A DNA stretch of 59,522 nucleotides from the IMG/VR virus record IMGVR_UViG_3300020048_000045; one strand, written 5' to 3'. Positions 46,006 through 56,549 of the stretch are shown in pieces. A program made the position numbers and the translations under genes. A model generated the notes under the pieces. The model saw only the letters and a program-made list of their open reading frames with translations, searched no databases and was not told where the DNA came from. This stretch comes from an uncultured virus (IMG/VR IMGVR_UViG_3300020048_000045). Taxonomy: Duplodnaviria > Heunggongvirae > Uroviricota > Caudoviricetes. The stretch's first letter is position 1. The number at the start of each line of letters is the position of its first letter.

Positions 46006-46254
46006 ATGAAATATGTCGTAAGAGGAGGATTCATTGTTCCAGAGAACACCCCAACGGGGTGTCCTGGACAATGTGAAGCTAATCCTGTAAATACGTATGA
46101 TATTGTATATGCAGGGCCAAATCTTCCCTGTACAGGAGGACGTACATGTGAAGATCTTACCACTGTATTACAAAAAATGGACTCAAAGATTTGTGAATTG
46201 GTTATGGCCATTTACAATCTTACGAGTACAACTACTACAATGATACCAACATAA
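46006..46254 (+). CDS. Small tail-associated protein
   Basis: YAGPNLPCTG...DLTTVLQKMD resembles the N-terminus of the fibre (YTGLSIPALG...TLSKV). Confidence 0.55.
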   Translation: MKYVVRGGFIVPENTPTGCPGQCEANPVNTYDIVYAGPNLPCTGGRTCEDLTTVLQKMDSKICELVMAIYNLTSTTTTMIPT

Positions 46255-46264
46255 AACTAACAAA

Positions 46265-47329
46265 ATGGTAGTAAATGTAAAACTTACAAGTACAGGGATT
46301 GACACAGGCCCTACGTTTAATGTTTTTAGTTCCCCAGATAATTCTACATGGTCACTTGTAGCTTCAGGTGTGACAAAATCTTCACTTACAGCTGTTGCTG
46401 GAGTAGATTACACTGTAGCCAACGGTACATTATACATTAAGATTCAATCTATAGGAACATGTACAAACTTTGTAGTGTTGACAGTTGTTCTAACTACAAC
46501 AACAACATCTACTACTACAACATCGACCACAACCACAACAACCACAACTACAACATCAACAACAACCTCTACAACCACCACTCCTATTCCAAGTGGTACA
46601 GTATATTTCAACTTCTACAATAATGCTACAACCAGCACTGCCTGGATGCAGCCAGCTACTGTAGACGGTAATCAAATATGGTTTGGAGCTGATGTTGGCA
46701 AAGGTCTTTCTAAGAGTGTAACCTGGATATTGACAGATGGAAGTCATTCATTTGTAGAAGGATTGATCACAAGTTATAGTGACGATGGCAGATTTAAGAT
46801 ATTTAGAAATGGATCTCTTGTTTACAATTCTCTTGTAAACGGTAACCAAATCAAGAATACGAGTATTACAAGTGCTATTGGTGATACCTTTGATGTATAT
46901 CTTGAAGATGTAGCTGGTACAACTACCACTACCACCACTTCAACAACGACTAGCACTACTACCAGTACTACCACCACTGCTCTTCCTACAACTACTACAA
47001 CTACTACAACGACTAGTACAACTACCACATCTACAACAACTTCTACCACCACAACTACTACAACAACTACTGCACTTCCAGAATATTTCTATCTTGTAGA
47101 TGTCTACAGATGTTCTACATATGGTGGAAATGATTGTGCTTCAACAATGTATACAAACATTGGTGTTAAGAGTAGCGTACCTCTGACAGTTGGTAAGTGG
47201 TATTACGATACAGTTTATGCTGGTGAGATATACCATATATTATCTACAAATACTTATGGTAGCTTAATATATCCTTCTGCTGAATATGACACTTGTTCTG
47301 CTGCATTGACAGATGGTTGTCTTGCGTAA
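46265..47329 (+). CDS. Modular surface/adhesion protein with poly-Thr linkers
   Basis: Three beta-rich domains separated by long Thr/Ser tracts. Confidence 0.7.
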   Translation: MVVNVKLTSTGIDTGPTFNVFSSPDNSTWSLVASGVTKSSLTAVAGVDYTVANGTLYIKIQSIGTCTNFVVLTVVLTTTTTSTTTTSTTTTTTTTTTSTTTSTTTTPIPSGTVYFNFYNNATTSTAWMQPATVDGNQIWFGADVGKGLSKSVTWILTDGSHSFVEGLITSYSDDGRFKIFRNGSLVYNSLVNGNQIKNTSITSAIGDTFDVYLEDVAGTTTTTTTSTTTSTTTSTTTTALPTTTTTTTTTSTTTTSTTTSTTTTTTTTTALPEYFYLVDVYRCSTYGGNDCASTMYTNIGVKSSVPLTVGKWYYDTVYAGEIYHILSTNTYGSLIYPSAEYDTCSAALTDGCLA

Positions 47330-47336
47330 CTAACTA

Positions 47337-47404
47337 AAACATCCTGTTTTGTTGGTTTTACAGGATGTCTCCCCTGGGTGTAAGCTCAGGGGAGTTTATT
47401 TTTA
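47337..47404 (+). terminator. Double hairpin terminator
   Basis: ACATCCTGT/ACAGGATGT and CTCCCCTGGG/CTCAGGGGAG followed by TTTATTTTT. Confidence 0.75.
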
Positions 47405-47516
47405 ATTAAATTGATTATAATAAGTTATTGGAAGCTAACCACTTTCATTAAATTATTATTGACAAAGTCATTAGAAAAACATATCTTTACTGCAATTTTA
47501 ACTAATACCCTCTATC

Positions 47517-48770
47517 ATGATGGATAATCAAGAGCTATTGGGTCGGCTAAAAGCACTGCTTGTACATAAAAAAAGCAAACAGTATTATGCTGACAGATTA
47601 GGAATCAGTATCAATGAAATAAACAATCTTTTTAAGGAAATAAATAAAAGAGGAGTCTACTACACAGATAATCAGGAAGAACCAGACATTGAAGAATTAG
47701 AAGAAAGTGTAATTAAGTATTTTGAAGATCTAGAAAAAGGCACAGGAGAAGTAGTTTTTAAATCAGACACTGAAATTAAGACACTTGACGAACTGATCAA
47801 ACATTGTAAAATAGATACAGACAAGTGGGAAATACAAAGATACGTTCAGAATTATTGGGGAAATGCAAAGAATCCACACTGGCAAGTTAAAGCATGGCTT
47901 GGAGTAAAGAAGCAAGAGAAGAATTTCCAAGATGCATTTACTGATTTCCTAAAGACCTACAAACCTTCAGCAACTACAATTTATCCTCCACAAACAGAAG
48001 CTCATAAACCCTTTGGATGTCTTCTGATAAACAAACAAGATGCTCACTATAACAGGCATGATGGAGTGAATGAGGATAATGATATTTTTAAGAGATTTAA
48101 GAATATCTTCGACAAAACAACTACAATCATAGAACAGGCAAGACTTTCCAACAACCTGGACAACATTCTGTATATACTGGGATCAGATGCATTCAACAGT
48201 GAATCTACAGGAATGACAACAGGAGGTACACCACAGGAAAATTTTCTATCATTTCACGATGCATTTGAGAAAGTGTGCAATCATGAGGTAGAAATAATTA
48301 CTAAAATGCTGAAGAGCAGCAACAAGGTGGAAATTGTATTTATGCCTGGTAACCATGATGCATTTGCAGGATGGCACATGTTGAATTGGTTAAAAGTTTA
48401 TTTTAGGAATACTCCAAGAGTAACATTTGATATAGCCCCTTCATATAGAAAGTATGTGAGCTATGGCGTATCAGCAATGATGTTTAACCACGGAGATAAG
48501 ATTAAACCTGAACGTCTAGCTGCAATATTCCCAATAGAATTCAGGGAGAATTGGTCAGCTCATAAAAATTTCTATATCTTTACTGGAGACAAGCATACAG
48601 AGATGAGTCATGATTTCAATGGAATTGAGTTCTATAGGATATCAGCCTTCACCACAGTATCAAGTCAATGGGAAGACAGGAATGGATATATTGGAAGAAA
48701 GCCTGGAGTAACAGGGTTCCTAATAGACAATGTCAATGGAATAACAAATATTTTCAAACAGTATTTATAA
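47517..48770 (+). CDS. Calcineurin-like metallophosphoesterase with N-terminal HTH
   Basis: DAH, GSDAFN, GNHD, HGD, GDKH motifs; upstream TTG...TATCTTTA promoter-like box. Confidence 0.8.
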   Translation: MMDNQELLGRLKALLVHKKSKQYYADRLGISINEINNLFKEINKRGVYYTDNQEEPDIEELEESVIKYFEDLEKGTGEVVFKSDTEIKTLDELIKHCKIDTDKWEIQRYVQNYWGNAKNPHWQVKAWLGVKKQEKNFQDAFTDFLKTYKPSATTIYPPQTEAHKPFGCLLINKQDAHYNRHDGVNEDNDIFKRFKNIFDKTTTIIEQARLSNNLDNILYILGSDAFNSESTGMTTGGTPQENFLSFHDAFEKVCNHEVEIITKMLKSSNKVEIVFMPGNHDAFAGWHMLNWLKVYFRNTPRVTFDIAPSYRKYVSYGVSAMMFNHGDKIKPERLAAIFPIEFRENWSAHKNFYIFTGDKHTEMSHDFNGIEFYRISAFTTVSSQWEDRNGYIGRKPGVTGFLIDNVNGITNIFKQYL

Positions 48771-49498
48771 TGTCAACATTAAGAAAATTAGTTTCAGATG
48801 TACGCTCTACACATAAGATCTTGTCTACAGACAGTATTATTACTGATAGAGCTATTGCCTCTGAGATTAGGAACAACGCTCTTTTGCTAATCAAAAGGGA
48901 AACTAACCTCAGAAAACTCTGGGCTACAGATACACTGTTCACTACAATCCCTTGTTTAGAGATGTGCGAAGTTTCTATTTCTGAATGTTGTGATTATGTA
49001 GACCCATGTACTGTAGCAAGAAGTAAATATAAACTTCCTAGAATATCAGAAGGTAATTACCAGTATGTTATACAGGGAGTTTATTCTGTTAATGCGATGA
49101 GTGGCCAGGGTAAAAAGATCAAGGAGATCACAGTTAACAGATATGCAAATCTCCTAAGACTTCCCATCATCAAGAAAGAAGAATACTTTTGGATATCTAA
49201 TGACTATCTTTATGTCAGTAATCCAAATTTACAAGCTGTAAGATTTGTAGCATTGTTTGAACAAGATGTGTCAAATGAACTGATGTATCCTGATTGTGGA
49301 TGTGGAACACCTCAAGTGACTGATGATGATTGGTGTAAAAATCCTCTGGACAAACCATTTTCCCTTCCTGGATATCTGGAAAAGCAAGTCTTGGAATTAA
49401 CCTCACAAAAACTGCTACAAACTTATTTCAGAATTAAGAGTGATCTTACAGAAGACAATATAGATGGCCAGGCTCCAAATGCACCAAACTTGAAATAA
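48770..49498 (+). CDS. Putative tail ring protein
   Basis: Start MSTLRKLVSD (TAATG overlap); crAss-like tail module position. Confidence 0.55.
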   Translation: MSTLRKLVSDVRSTHKILSTDSIITDRAIASEIRNNALLLIKRETNLRKLWATDTLFTTIPCLEMCEVSISECCDYVDPCTVARSKYKLPRISEGNYQYVIQGVYSVNAMSGQGKKIKEITVNRYANLLRLPIIKKEEYFWISNDYLYVSNPNLQAVRFVALFEQDVSNELMYPDCGCGTPQVTDDDWCKNPLDKPFSLPGYLEKQVLELTSQKLLQTYFRIKSDLTEDNIDGQAPNAPNLK

Positions 49499-49974
49499 TG
49501 CGAGTAAAGATCGATTGGCGAAGTGCCAGTAAAGACAATTACATAGACTTCTGTAAAAAGAATCCCAATCTGAATCTCTCATATGACGAATGGAGAAATC
49601 TTGTATATACGTTTAATGAATCATTCAGAGAGTACATTCTTGAAACAGGAGATAAAGCTAAACTTCCTTTTGGAATTGGAGAGTTCTCCATTAATAAAAA
49701 GAAAAGGAAAAGGATAGTTGAATATGATGGGAAGCAATATGTATCTCTCCCAATCGATTGGCAGAAAACAAGAGCAAAAGGTAAATTAATATATAATTTT
49801 AACTACCATACTGAAGGATATTTCTTTGGATGGGTATGGTTCAAAAGAACAGCAAGGTTCAAACATTCAGATCTCTGGTATTTTAAACCTTGCAGAACAA
49901 CTTCCAGACTATTGTCGCACTACTTAAAGACCAACGACCAGTATCAACATTTATATTGTGAATGGAAAAAATAG
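49498..49974 (+). CDS. HU/IHF-like protein
   Basis: KAKLPFGIGEFSINKKK, IDWQKT, WYFKPCRT motifs. Confidence 0.6.
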   Translation: MRVKIDWRSASKDNYIDFCKKNPNLNLSYDEWRNLVYTFNESFREYILETGDKAKLPFGIGEFSINKKKRKRIVEYDGKQYVSLPIDWQKTRAKGKLIYNFNYHTEGYFFGWVWFKRTARFKHSDLWYFKPCRTTSRLLSHYLKTNDQYQHLYCEWKK

Positions 49975-49977
49975 ATT

Positions 49978-50949
49978 ATGAGCTACTATTACAAATATAA
50001 CTTTACATCGCCAGAGCTTGTATACGCTACAGTAAAGGAAGAGCTAAAAAGCTATTTCGATACAGGAGCTGTTGACGATCTTATGTTTCCCACTTATGTA
50101 GACAAGTGTCTTAGGAAACTTGGTAGGTCCTCTTACGTTATAAGCGAAGGGGCCTTGTACATTGAGGACTTCCAGGCCAGACTTCCTGACAACTTTTTTG
50201 CAGTGAGAGAAGCATGGAAGTGTGTAGAGATGGGAGCTCAACCGTATCAGACAGCAAACTCTTTTTATTCACAAACATTTTCTACAACCATTCAGGTATC
50301 TCCACTGACCATCAATGGAACTCCCTGTAACAATCCTAGTTGTACTGATCCTAATTGCACAGGAACTTGTTTGCCAGAAGTGATTCAGGCAGTGTACAAG
50401 ACCAATCATTCTGTTCCAAGGAGCTACAGAAAAGAATATTTGCTTAAGCCAGGAAACATTTCTGCAAGACAGAATTGTGATGTCAACTATGGTAGCAACT
50501 GGGAGTTCTATCAAGAGCTTCCTCCTACTAATGGATTTACTCCTGGAGCTGCAGCTTATGATTCATTTGACATTAGAGATAATAAATTTGTCACCAACTT
50601 CAGATGTGGTATTGTTCACTTGGTATTTTATTCTACAGAGTATGATCAGGCTGGTAATCAAATGATTCCAGACAATTATCGTATCAGGGAATACATTGAA
50701 GCATTCATCAAATACAAAGTGTTTGAAACTTTGACTAATCAGACAAATGATGAAACCTTCCAGCAACTACAACAGAAGTTAATCTATTACAAACAGCTTG
50801 CTGATGAAGCTTTCATCATGGCCATGATTGAGATTAAGAAACAAGATCCATATGCTAAGCAACGTAGAATCAGACAAGACTTAAATCGTTTCAATATGTA
50901 TGAACTGCCCAATCGTACTAATAGATATGGCTGGCGTAGAAATAATTAA
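49978..50949 (+). CDS. Putative tail ring/tubular protein
   Basis: ARLPDNF and QMIPDNYRIREYIEAFIKYK; precedes the muzzle gene. Confidence 0.6.
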   Translation: MSYYYKYNFTSPELVYATVKEELKSYFDTGAVDDLMFPTYVDKCLRKLGRSSYVISEGALYIEDFQARLPDNFFAVREAWKCVEMGAQPYQTANSFYSQTFSTTIQVSPLTINGTPCNNPSCTDPNCTGTCLPEVIQAVYKTNHSVPRSYRKEYLLKPGNISARQNCDVNYGSNWEFYQELPPTNGFTPGAAAYDSFDIRDNKFVTNFRCGIVHLVFYSTEYDQAGNQMIPDNYRIREYIEAFIKYKVFETLTNQTNDETFQQLQQKLIYYKQLADEAFIMAMIEIKKQDPYAKQRRIRQDLNRFNMYELPNRTNRYGWRRNN

Positions 50950-50954
50950 CTATT

Positions 50955-53900
50955 ATGGCTGAGCAGGAACAAGGTAATATAAGACAGGAGTATACAAATG
51001 CTACGGTGGGTCTTAACATGGACCAAACTCCCAATCAGATTAAGAAAGGGAGTCTTACGTATGCCTTAAATGCTGCTGTTGAAAACTTTGATGCCAATAG
51101 TGTAAACTATCAGAATGAGGAGGGTAATGAACTTTGTCTCACCTTCCCAGAAGGGTTTGTATTAATTGGTACACATTTTATTCTTGAGAAGAATAAGCAC
51201 ATATTCTTTTTGACCAATCCTGACACAAGAGCAAGTCAGATTGGATATATGGACAACAGTGATTGCCAGTACAAAGTCCTGGTTAATGCCCCATGTCTGA
51301 ATTTTGACATAAATCATCCTATTCACAAGACTGTACATAAGATAACTAACTGTGGTACAGAAATATACTGGACTGATGGATTCAATCCAAGAAGATATAT
51401 TGACATAGATGATATTCCCAAGATACTAAAATCAGGAAGTCCTTTATGTCATCCTGACTATACAGATGATCTTGACTGCAACCAAATCAAGATCGAACCT
51501 AATTTTTCTATTCCATCATTAGCAGTAACTGATGTTGTGAATGGTGGAAATCTTATTGCTGGTACATACCAGTTTGCTATTCAGTATTCTGATGCTAATG
51601 GTAATCCTTACACTTCCTACTTTTCAATCACCAATCCTACACCAATTGCAGACGTAAACATCACGTCTGTCAATTTCAATTATCCTGTAGGAAGATCAAT
51701 AGTTGTAGATGTTGCAAATCTTGATGTTACAGGACAATGGCAATATTTCAACCTGGCAGTCATTAAGACAATTAATGGAATCACATCTGTTGAATTAGTA
51801 GGAATCTATAGTATTGAGTCTGCTACAGAACAGATTACATACACTGGACAGAATGTTGAAAATCTAAGACTGTCAATTAATGATATCTTTGAGAAGTATC
51901 CATATTATGAGATAGCTGAGGATGTAACTACAGCTCAGGATATTTTAATCTGGGATGGACTTACAGCTGTTGATAGGATTAATTATCAGAAGATTGCCAG
52001 TAATATTGATCTTCAGTGGGAGAGTTGGAAAATTCCTGCTACAGAAAGTTATGCAGATGAAGTAAATGCTACAAATCTCAGAGGTTATCTCAGAGATGAA
52101 GTTTATGCATTTGAGATTGTGTTCCTTCTGAGAAATGGAAAACAAACAGATGGATTCCATATTCCTGGAAGAGCAAAGAATACAAATGAAGCATATCCTG
52201 ATGTTCCAAGTACAAATCCAGACTTTATTGGAGAACCTGAATATGTAGGAGGAAGTGTTGGATACTCTCCTTATTGGAAGATTTATAACACTGCATCTGT
52301 TGAAGGAACTTCTGAAGGATACGATCCTTCAAATTCTTCATACAAAGGACCATACCAATATGGAGATATGGCCTACTGGGAATCTACAGAAGAATATCCC
52401 TGCAATGAAGAAGTTTGGGGAGAACTTGCTGGCCAGAAGATTAGACATCACAAGTTTCCAGATGTAGCAATATCTCCAATATATGAATCAAAAATCTTTA
52501 CATCTGCTAATTCAATGGTTATGGGAAGAGATGCTATCTTCCCTCTTGGAGTTCGTATTGATGTAAATCAGGTAGTTGCACTAATTAATGGTTCAGGTCT
52601 TACAGTTGAACAGAAGGCTGCTATTGTAGGCTTTAAGATTGTAAGAGGGGACAGAGGTACAAACAAATCAATTGTAGCTAAAGGGATCCTCAGAAATGTA
52701 GGAACCTATACAAGAGAAGATCAGGAGTACTTCTATCCTAATTATCCGTACAATGATCTAAGAGAAGATCCTTTCCTTCTTGGAAAAAACAATGCCTATC
52801 AGGAAGAATGTCTTGAATACAATGTAGAGGTAGTTACCTCAGGTATCCTGCAATATACAGACTGTAATCTTGGTAAAGCTACACATAGAGACGTAGTTGC
52901 TGGAGAGACATTTAAGATATGTTCTATTGTATTTCCAACATTTGGAAATAATGCTACTGGACAGATTTCATATGTGAAATATGATCTTTGGAGAATTGCA
53001 TCCACTGGTGATTTTATTCAGTTTTGTCAAGGATGGCGAGCTGGATGGGTTGATGATACAAACACCTATCGTACAGAATGGGTAGAGGGATGGCCAATCA
53101 ACTCAGACTATGAGATAAGAGTTAAACTTGGAACAGAACCTAAATGTATTGAAAACTGTGATAGTTGTGGTATAACCATCTCATTTATTCAGACTGTAGG
53201 AGACAATGCTTGTGGAATTGAGATTCCTCTTCCTAAAGTCAGCGATAAACAAAGACAAATATTTAACTCTCCAGAGACATCTTTTGGACAACCCTTCCTT
53301 GGTCAGGTATTAAAGCTTGAGAGTGTAATGTTTGGTAAGGGAGTTGCTCACTTTACAGAGGTAAAGAACAATGCCAGATATAAACTTCTCACTGAAGAAG
53401 CTCAGAGAAAAGCTATTGATCTTTCTAATTCAATTGGTAATCAGACAGATCCTTTTGACATGGCTGCAATGTTCTCAGCATATCAGGCATATCTCCAGAT
53501 CTATCTGAACGGAATGTCAAGAAGAAACTTTGCATATTCCTTCAACTCTATGGCAGATTATGCTTATGGAGTTTCTGTTCCTAATGGAGTAGGAGTAAAG
53601 CAAAGACAAATTGACATAGCAAGATATTTGATTCCAGGAGTACAGAATGTAGGAGATATTCACAACATTAACAACTATCAACGTGAGACTTCTGTATACA
53701 TCAAAACAAATACAGAGTTACCCTTCCCAAGTGATAGTCCCAATCTTAATCCTGGTGGTTCTCCTCTTGTAACTGATTATTCCAGATTCACAATATCAGG
53801 AATCAACCATTGCTCTACTCCAGGGAAAGACGCTGACATTAGGGTTGTTTCCTACTATGCATCAATCAAAAATCAGATCGTCAACCAGTGGGGACAGATC

Positions 53901-55808
53901 TATTCATATAATGCTGTTGATACAGGATTTCAAAGACCTATAAGTCAAGGAGGAATAGCTACAGTATTTGGTGGAGATACGTTCATCAATAAATTTGCAT
54001 TCAAGACAAAGCTGCCATTCTTTACTGATAACAGGGTGAATGCTCCTGATGATAGTGATATATTCTATGATGAGATTGGTAACATTGCCTATCCAAAATA
54101 CTGGCATTCAGCTCGTTCTATTCAGAAGGATTATATGTCAAATGGTGGACTATTGTCAAATGTTATTTCATACAAGGCTCATAATTTTGATTGTCCTAAT
54201 GATGCAGTTACCACTACAGTTGTTCCAGTAGAGGATATAGATGAAAGTACTACAACTACCACCACAACCACTACTTCTACAAGCACTACTGTGAAAGCAG
54301 GAGTTGTTTCAGAAAGCAATACTCTTACATACTATGATGGCTATTTCTATATGTTTGCATATGGAGTGCCAAGTTTCTACTGTGAGAGTTCTTATAACGT
54401 AGACCTTCGTCAAGCATTCAATAATAGAGAAGGCGAATTCTGGCCACATGTTAGTACAGGGATTCCTGATGACTGGGTACAGGAAAGCTTTGTTCCAATT
54501 TCTCAGGACAACACATATTACTATAATACTACATTCTCAAAGCAAAACAAAGAGAATACATTTACACATCTTCCTGTAGATTGGGACAAACCTTGTCACA
54601 CCTACTATCCATTCAGAGCTATCTATTCAGATGTTCAGGATGGAAATGCAGATGCAAATGTGAACGCATGGCTTACATATAAAGCAACATCAATTTACGA
54701 TTTTCCACAAAACTTTGGGAAACTAACTTCCCTGGATGGAATACAGAATAGGGCTATTCTTGCAAGATTTGAAAATAAGACACTGCTTTACAATAGTCTT
54801 CTGACCATTGATACAAGCAATCCTCAGGCTGCATTTGTAGGTAACCCAAGAATGTTTGAGAATCCTCCCATTGATTTTGCAGAAACAGATCTTGGATATG
54901 TAGGAAGCCAGCACAAACTTTTGTTAAAGATTCCTCAGGGACAGATCAGTGTTGATGCCAAACGTGGACAGGTTTTTCTGATTACTGGTCAAGAGACAGT
55001 GGATCTTTCTGGATTTGGCTCAGGTATGAATAGATTCTTTACTGATCACCTGGCGTTTGAAATTTTAAGGTATTTTCCAGAAGTTGATGTAGATAATCAC
55101 TTCAATGGAATAGGTCTTCATGGTGTCTACGATTCGAAATATGACAGGGTCATTCTTACCAAGATTGATTACATTCCTATAAATGATTCTGTAAAGTATG
55201 ATTCAGTTACAAAAACATTTTATGTAGAAAAAATCATTGAAGTAGAAGATGATGTTACCACTACTACAACAACTACTTCTACAACAAGCACAAGCACAAG
55301 TACAAGTACAACAACAAGCACAAGTACGACAACAAGTACAACTACTACTAATCTTATTATAGGATATTCTTATAATGTAACAAGTTATGCATGTGGTACA
55401 TGTGGTGAAGCACCTACTGGCTTTGGTTCAATTACAACATTTGAAGCATTGACGGTTGATAAATGGTATTATTCTCCAGAACACAATCAAATATTTTACA
55501 TCACATCCTACACTGGATATATTGGTACGCCAAATTCTTCAATAGTAGATGCTGATAAGAAAGATAACTGTATAGACGTAATTTGTGGAACTACTACCAC
55601 TACGACTACTACCACCACTGCAATACCTTGTGATGAGTATTCTGTAACAAATAATACTGGTGGACCACTAACGTTCTTCTGGTTTGACTGTAACAGTATT
55701 GAACAATCTACAGAAGTTGCTGGAGGTGCTACCACATATGTCTGTTCTTCAAGTCAACCTACACAGATTAATTTTACTGTTGAGTATTTTGGTAATTGTG
55801 GAGGTTAA
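50955..55808 (+). CDS. Muzzle/tail stabilisation protein, main fragment, with appended poly-Thr modules
   Basis: GLNMDQ...YALNA N-terminus, IYWTDGFNPRR, GYLRDEVYAFEI, FGGDTFI, GVYDSKYDRVILTK; Thr tracts. Confidence 0.75.
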   Translation: MAEQEQGNIRQEYTNATVGLNMDQTPNQIKKGSLTYALNAAVENFDANSVNYQNEEGNELCLTFPEGFVLIGTHFILEKNKHIFFLTNPDTRASQIGYMDNSDCQYKVLVNAPCLNFDINHPIHKTVHKITNCGTEIYWTDGFNPRRYIDIDDIPKILKSGSPLCHPDYTDDLDCNQIKIEPNFSIPSLAVTDVVNGGNLIAGTYQFAIQYSDANGNPYTSYFSITNPTPIADVNITSVNFNYPVGRSIVVDVANLDVTGQWQYFNLAVIKTINGITSVELVGIYSIESATEQITYTGQNVENLRLSINDIFEKYPYYEIAEDVTTAQDILIWDGLTAVDRINYQKIASNIDLQWESWKIPATESYADEVNATNLRGYLRDEVYAFEIVFLLRNGKQTDGFHIPGRAKNTNEAYPDVPSTNPDFIGEPEYVGGSVGYSPYWKIYNTASVEGTSEGYDPSNSSYKGPYQYGDMAYWESTEEYPCNEEVWGELAGQKIRHHKFPDVAISPIYESKIFTSANSMVMGRDAIFPLGVRIDVNQVVALINGSGLTVEQKAAIVGFKIVRGDRGTNKSIVAKGILRNVGTYTREDQEYFYPNYPYNDLREDPFLLGKNNAYQEECLEYNVEVVTSGILQYTDCNLGKATHRDVVAGETFKICSIVFPTFGNNATGQISYVKYDLWRIASTGDFIQFCQGWRAGWVDDTNTYRTEWVEGWPINSDYEIRVKLGTEPKCIENCDSCGITISFIQTVGDNACGIEIPLPKVSDKQRQIFNSPETSFGQPFLGQVLKLESVMFGKGVAHFTEVKNNARYKLLTEEAQRKAIDLSNSIGNQTDPFDMAAMFSAYQAYLQIYLNGMSRRNFAYSFNSMADYAYGVSVPNGVGVKQRQIDIARYLIPGVQNVGDIHNINNYQRETSVYIKTNTELPFPSDSPNLNPGGSPLVTDYSRFTISGINHCSTPGKDADIRVVSYYASIKNQIVNQWGQIYSYNAVDTGFQRPISQGGIATVFGGDTFINKFAFKTKLPFFTDNRVNAPDDSDIFYDEIGNIAYPKYWHSARSIQKDYMSNGGLLSNVISYKAHNFDCPNDAVTTTVVPVEDIDESTTTTTTTTTSTSTTVKAGVVSESNTLTYYDGYFYMFAYGVPSFYCESSYNVDLRQAFNNREGEFWPHVSTGIPDDWVQESFVPISQDNTYYYNTTFSKQNKENTFTHLPVDWDKPCHTYYPFRAIYSDVQDGNADANVNAWLTYKATSIYDFPQNFGKLTSLDGIQNRAILARFENKTLLYNSLLTIDTSNPQAAFVGNPRMFENPPIDFAETDLGYVGSQHKLLLKIPQGQISVDAKRGQVFLITGQETVDLSGFGSGMNRFFTDHLAFEILRYFPEVDVDNHFNGIGLHGVYDSKYDRVILTKIDYIPINDSVKYDSVTKTFYVEKIIEVEDDVTTTTTTTSTTSTSTSTSTTTSTSTTTSTTTTNLIIGYSYNVTSYACGTCGEAPTGFGSITTFEALTVDKWYYSPEHNQIFYITSYTGYIGTPNSSIVDADKKDNCIDVICGTTTTTTTTTTAIPCDEYSVTNNTGGPLTFFWFDCNSIEQSTEVAGGATTYVCSSSQPTQINFTVEYFGNCGG

Positions 55809-55829
55809 TACAAGTATTAATATTAAGAT

Positions 55830-56513
55830 ATGGCACAGATTATAATAAGGACACCAGTTGAGTTAACAGATTCAGAATATTTCTGCAATAAAAGCTGGAC
55901 CTTGTCATTCAACATGAATACAAAGACCTGGATTTCATTTCATAGTTATATTCCTAACTGGTATATAGCTGAGAATAATTTCTTCTATTCAGGACAGAAT
56001 AACTGTTGTGATGGTCTTGATTTCATTGTAGGAGTGCCTGTACCAGATACAACTACAACCTCTACAACAACAGCGATTCCTGATTGTAACTTTGGAGATG
56101 CTACAATTGATGTGATTACTACCACTACAACTACAAGCACGAGCACAAGTACCACTACCACAACTACTACTATATTTATTCCAAGTGGTATAGTGTATTT
56201 TAACTTCTACAACAATGCTACAACAGACACTGCGTGGATGTTGCCAGCTACTGTAGATGGTCTTCCTTTGTGGACAGGGGCTGATGTTGGCAAAGGTGAA
56301 AACAAGAGTGTTACACCAGTACTAACAGAAGAAACACATTCATTTGTAGAAGGAGTTATTACAAGTTATCTTGGAGATGGAGTATTTGAAATATATAGAA
56401 ACAGTGTACTCGTATATAGTTCTGTAGTGAATGGAAATGATATATATTCTACCAATATCACAACTGCTATTGGGGACACGTTTGATGTCTATCTTAAGGA
56501 TGTAACTCCCTAG
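55830..56513 (+). CDS. Muzzle middle fragment plus poly-Thr linker and duplicated beta domain
   Basis: SWTLSFNMNTKTWISFHSYIPNWY is a muzzle-type motif; C-terminal domain paralogous to the middle domain of 46265..47329. Confidence 0.65.
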   Translation: MAQIIIRTPVELTDSEYFCNKSWTLSFNMNTKTWISFHSYIPNWYIAENNFFYSGQNNCCDGLDFIVGVPVPDTTTTSTTTAIPDCNFGDATIDVITTTTTTSTSTSTTTTTTTIFIPSGIVYFNFYNNATTDTAWMLPATVDGLPLWTGADVGKGENKSVTPVLTEETHSFVEGVITSYLGDGVFEIYRNSVLVYSSVVNGNDIYSTNITTAIGDTFDVYLKDVTP

Positions 56514-56549
56514 CAGTAATTGGTATATATGACTTAAATAAAGATTGAT

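Noticed and set aside
46586..56504. Diversity-generating retroelement template/variable repeat pair
   Set aside because: The two domain copies differ at all base types rather than only at adenines, and no reverse transcriptase is in the window
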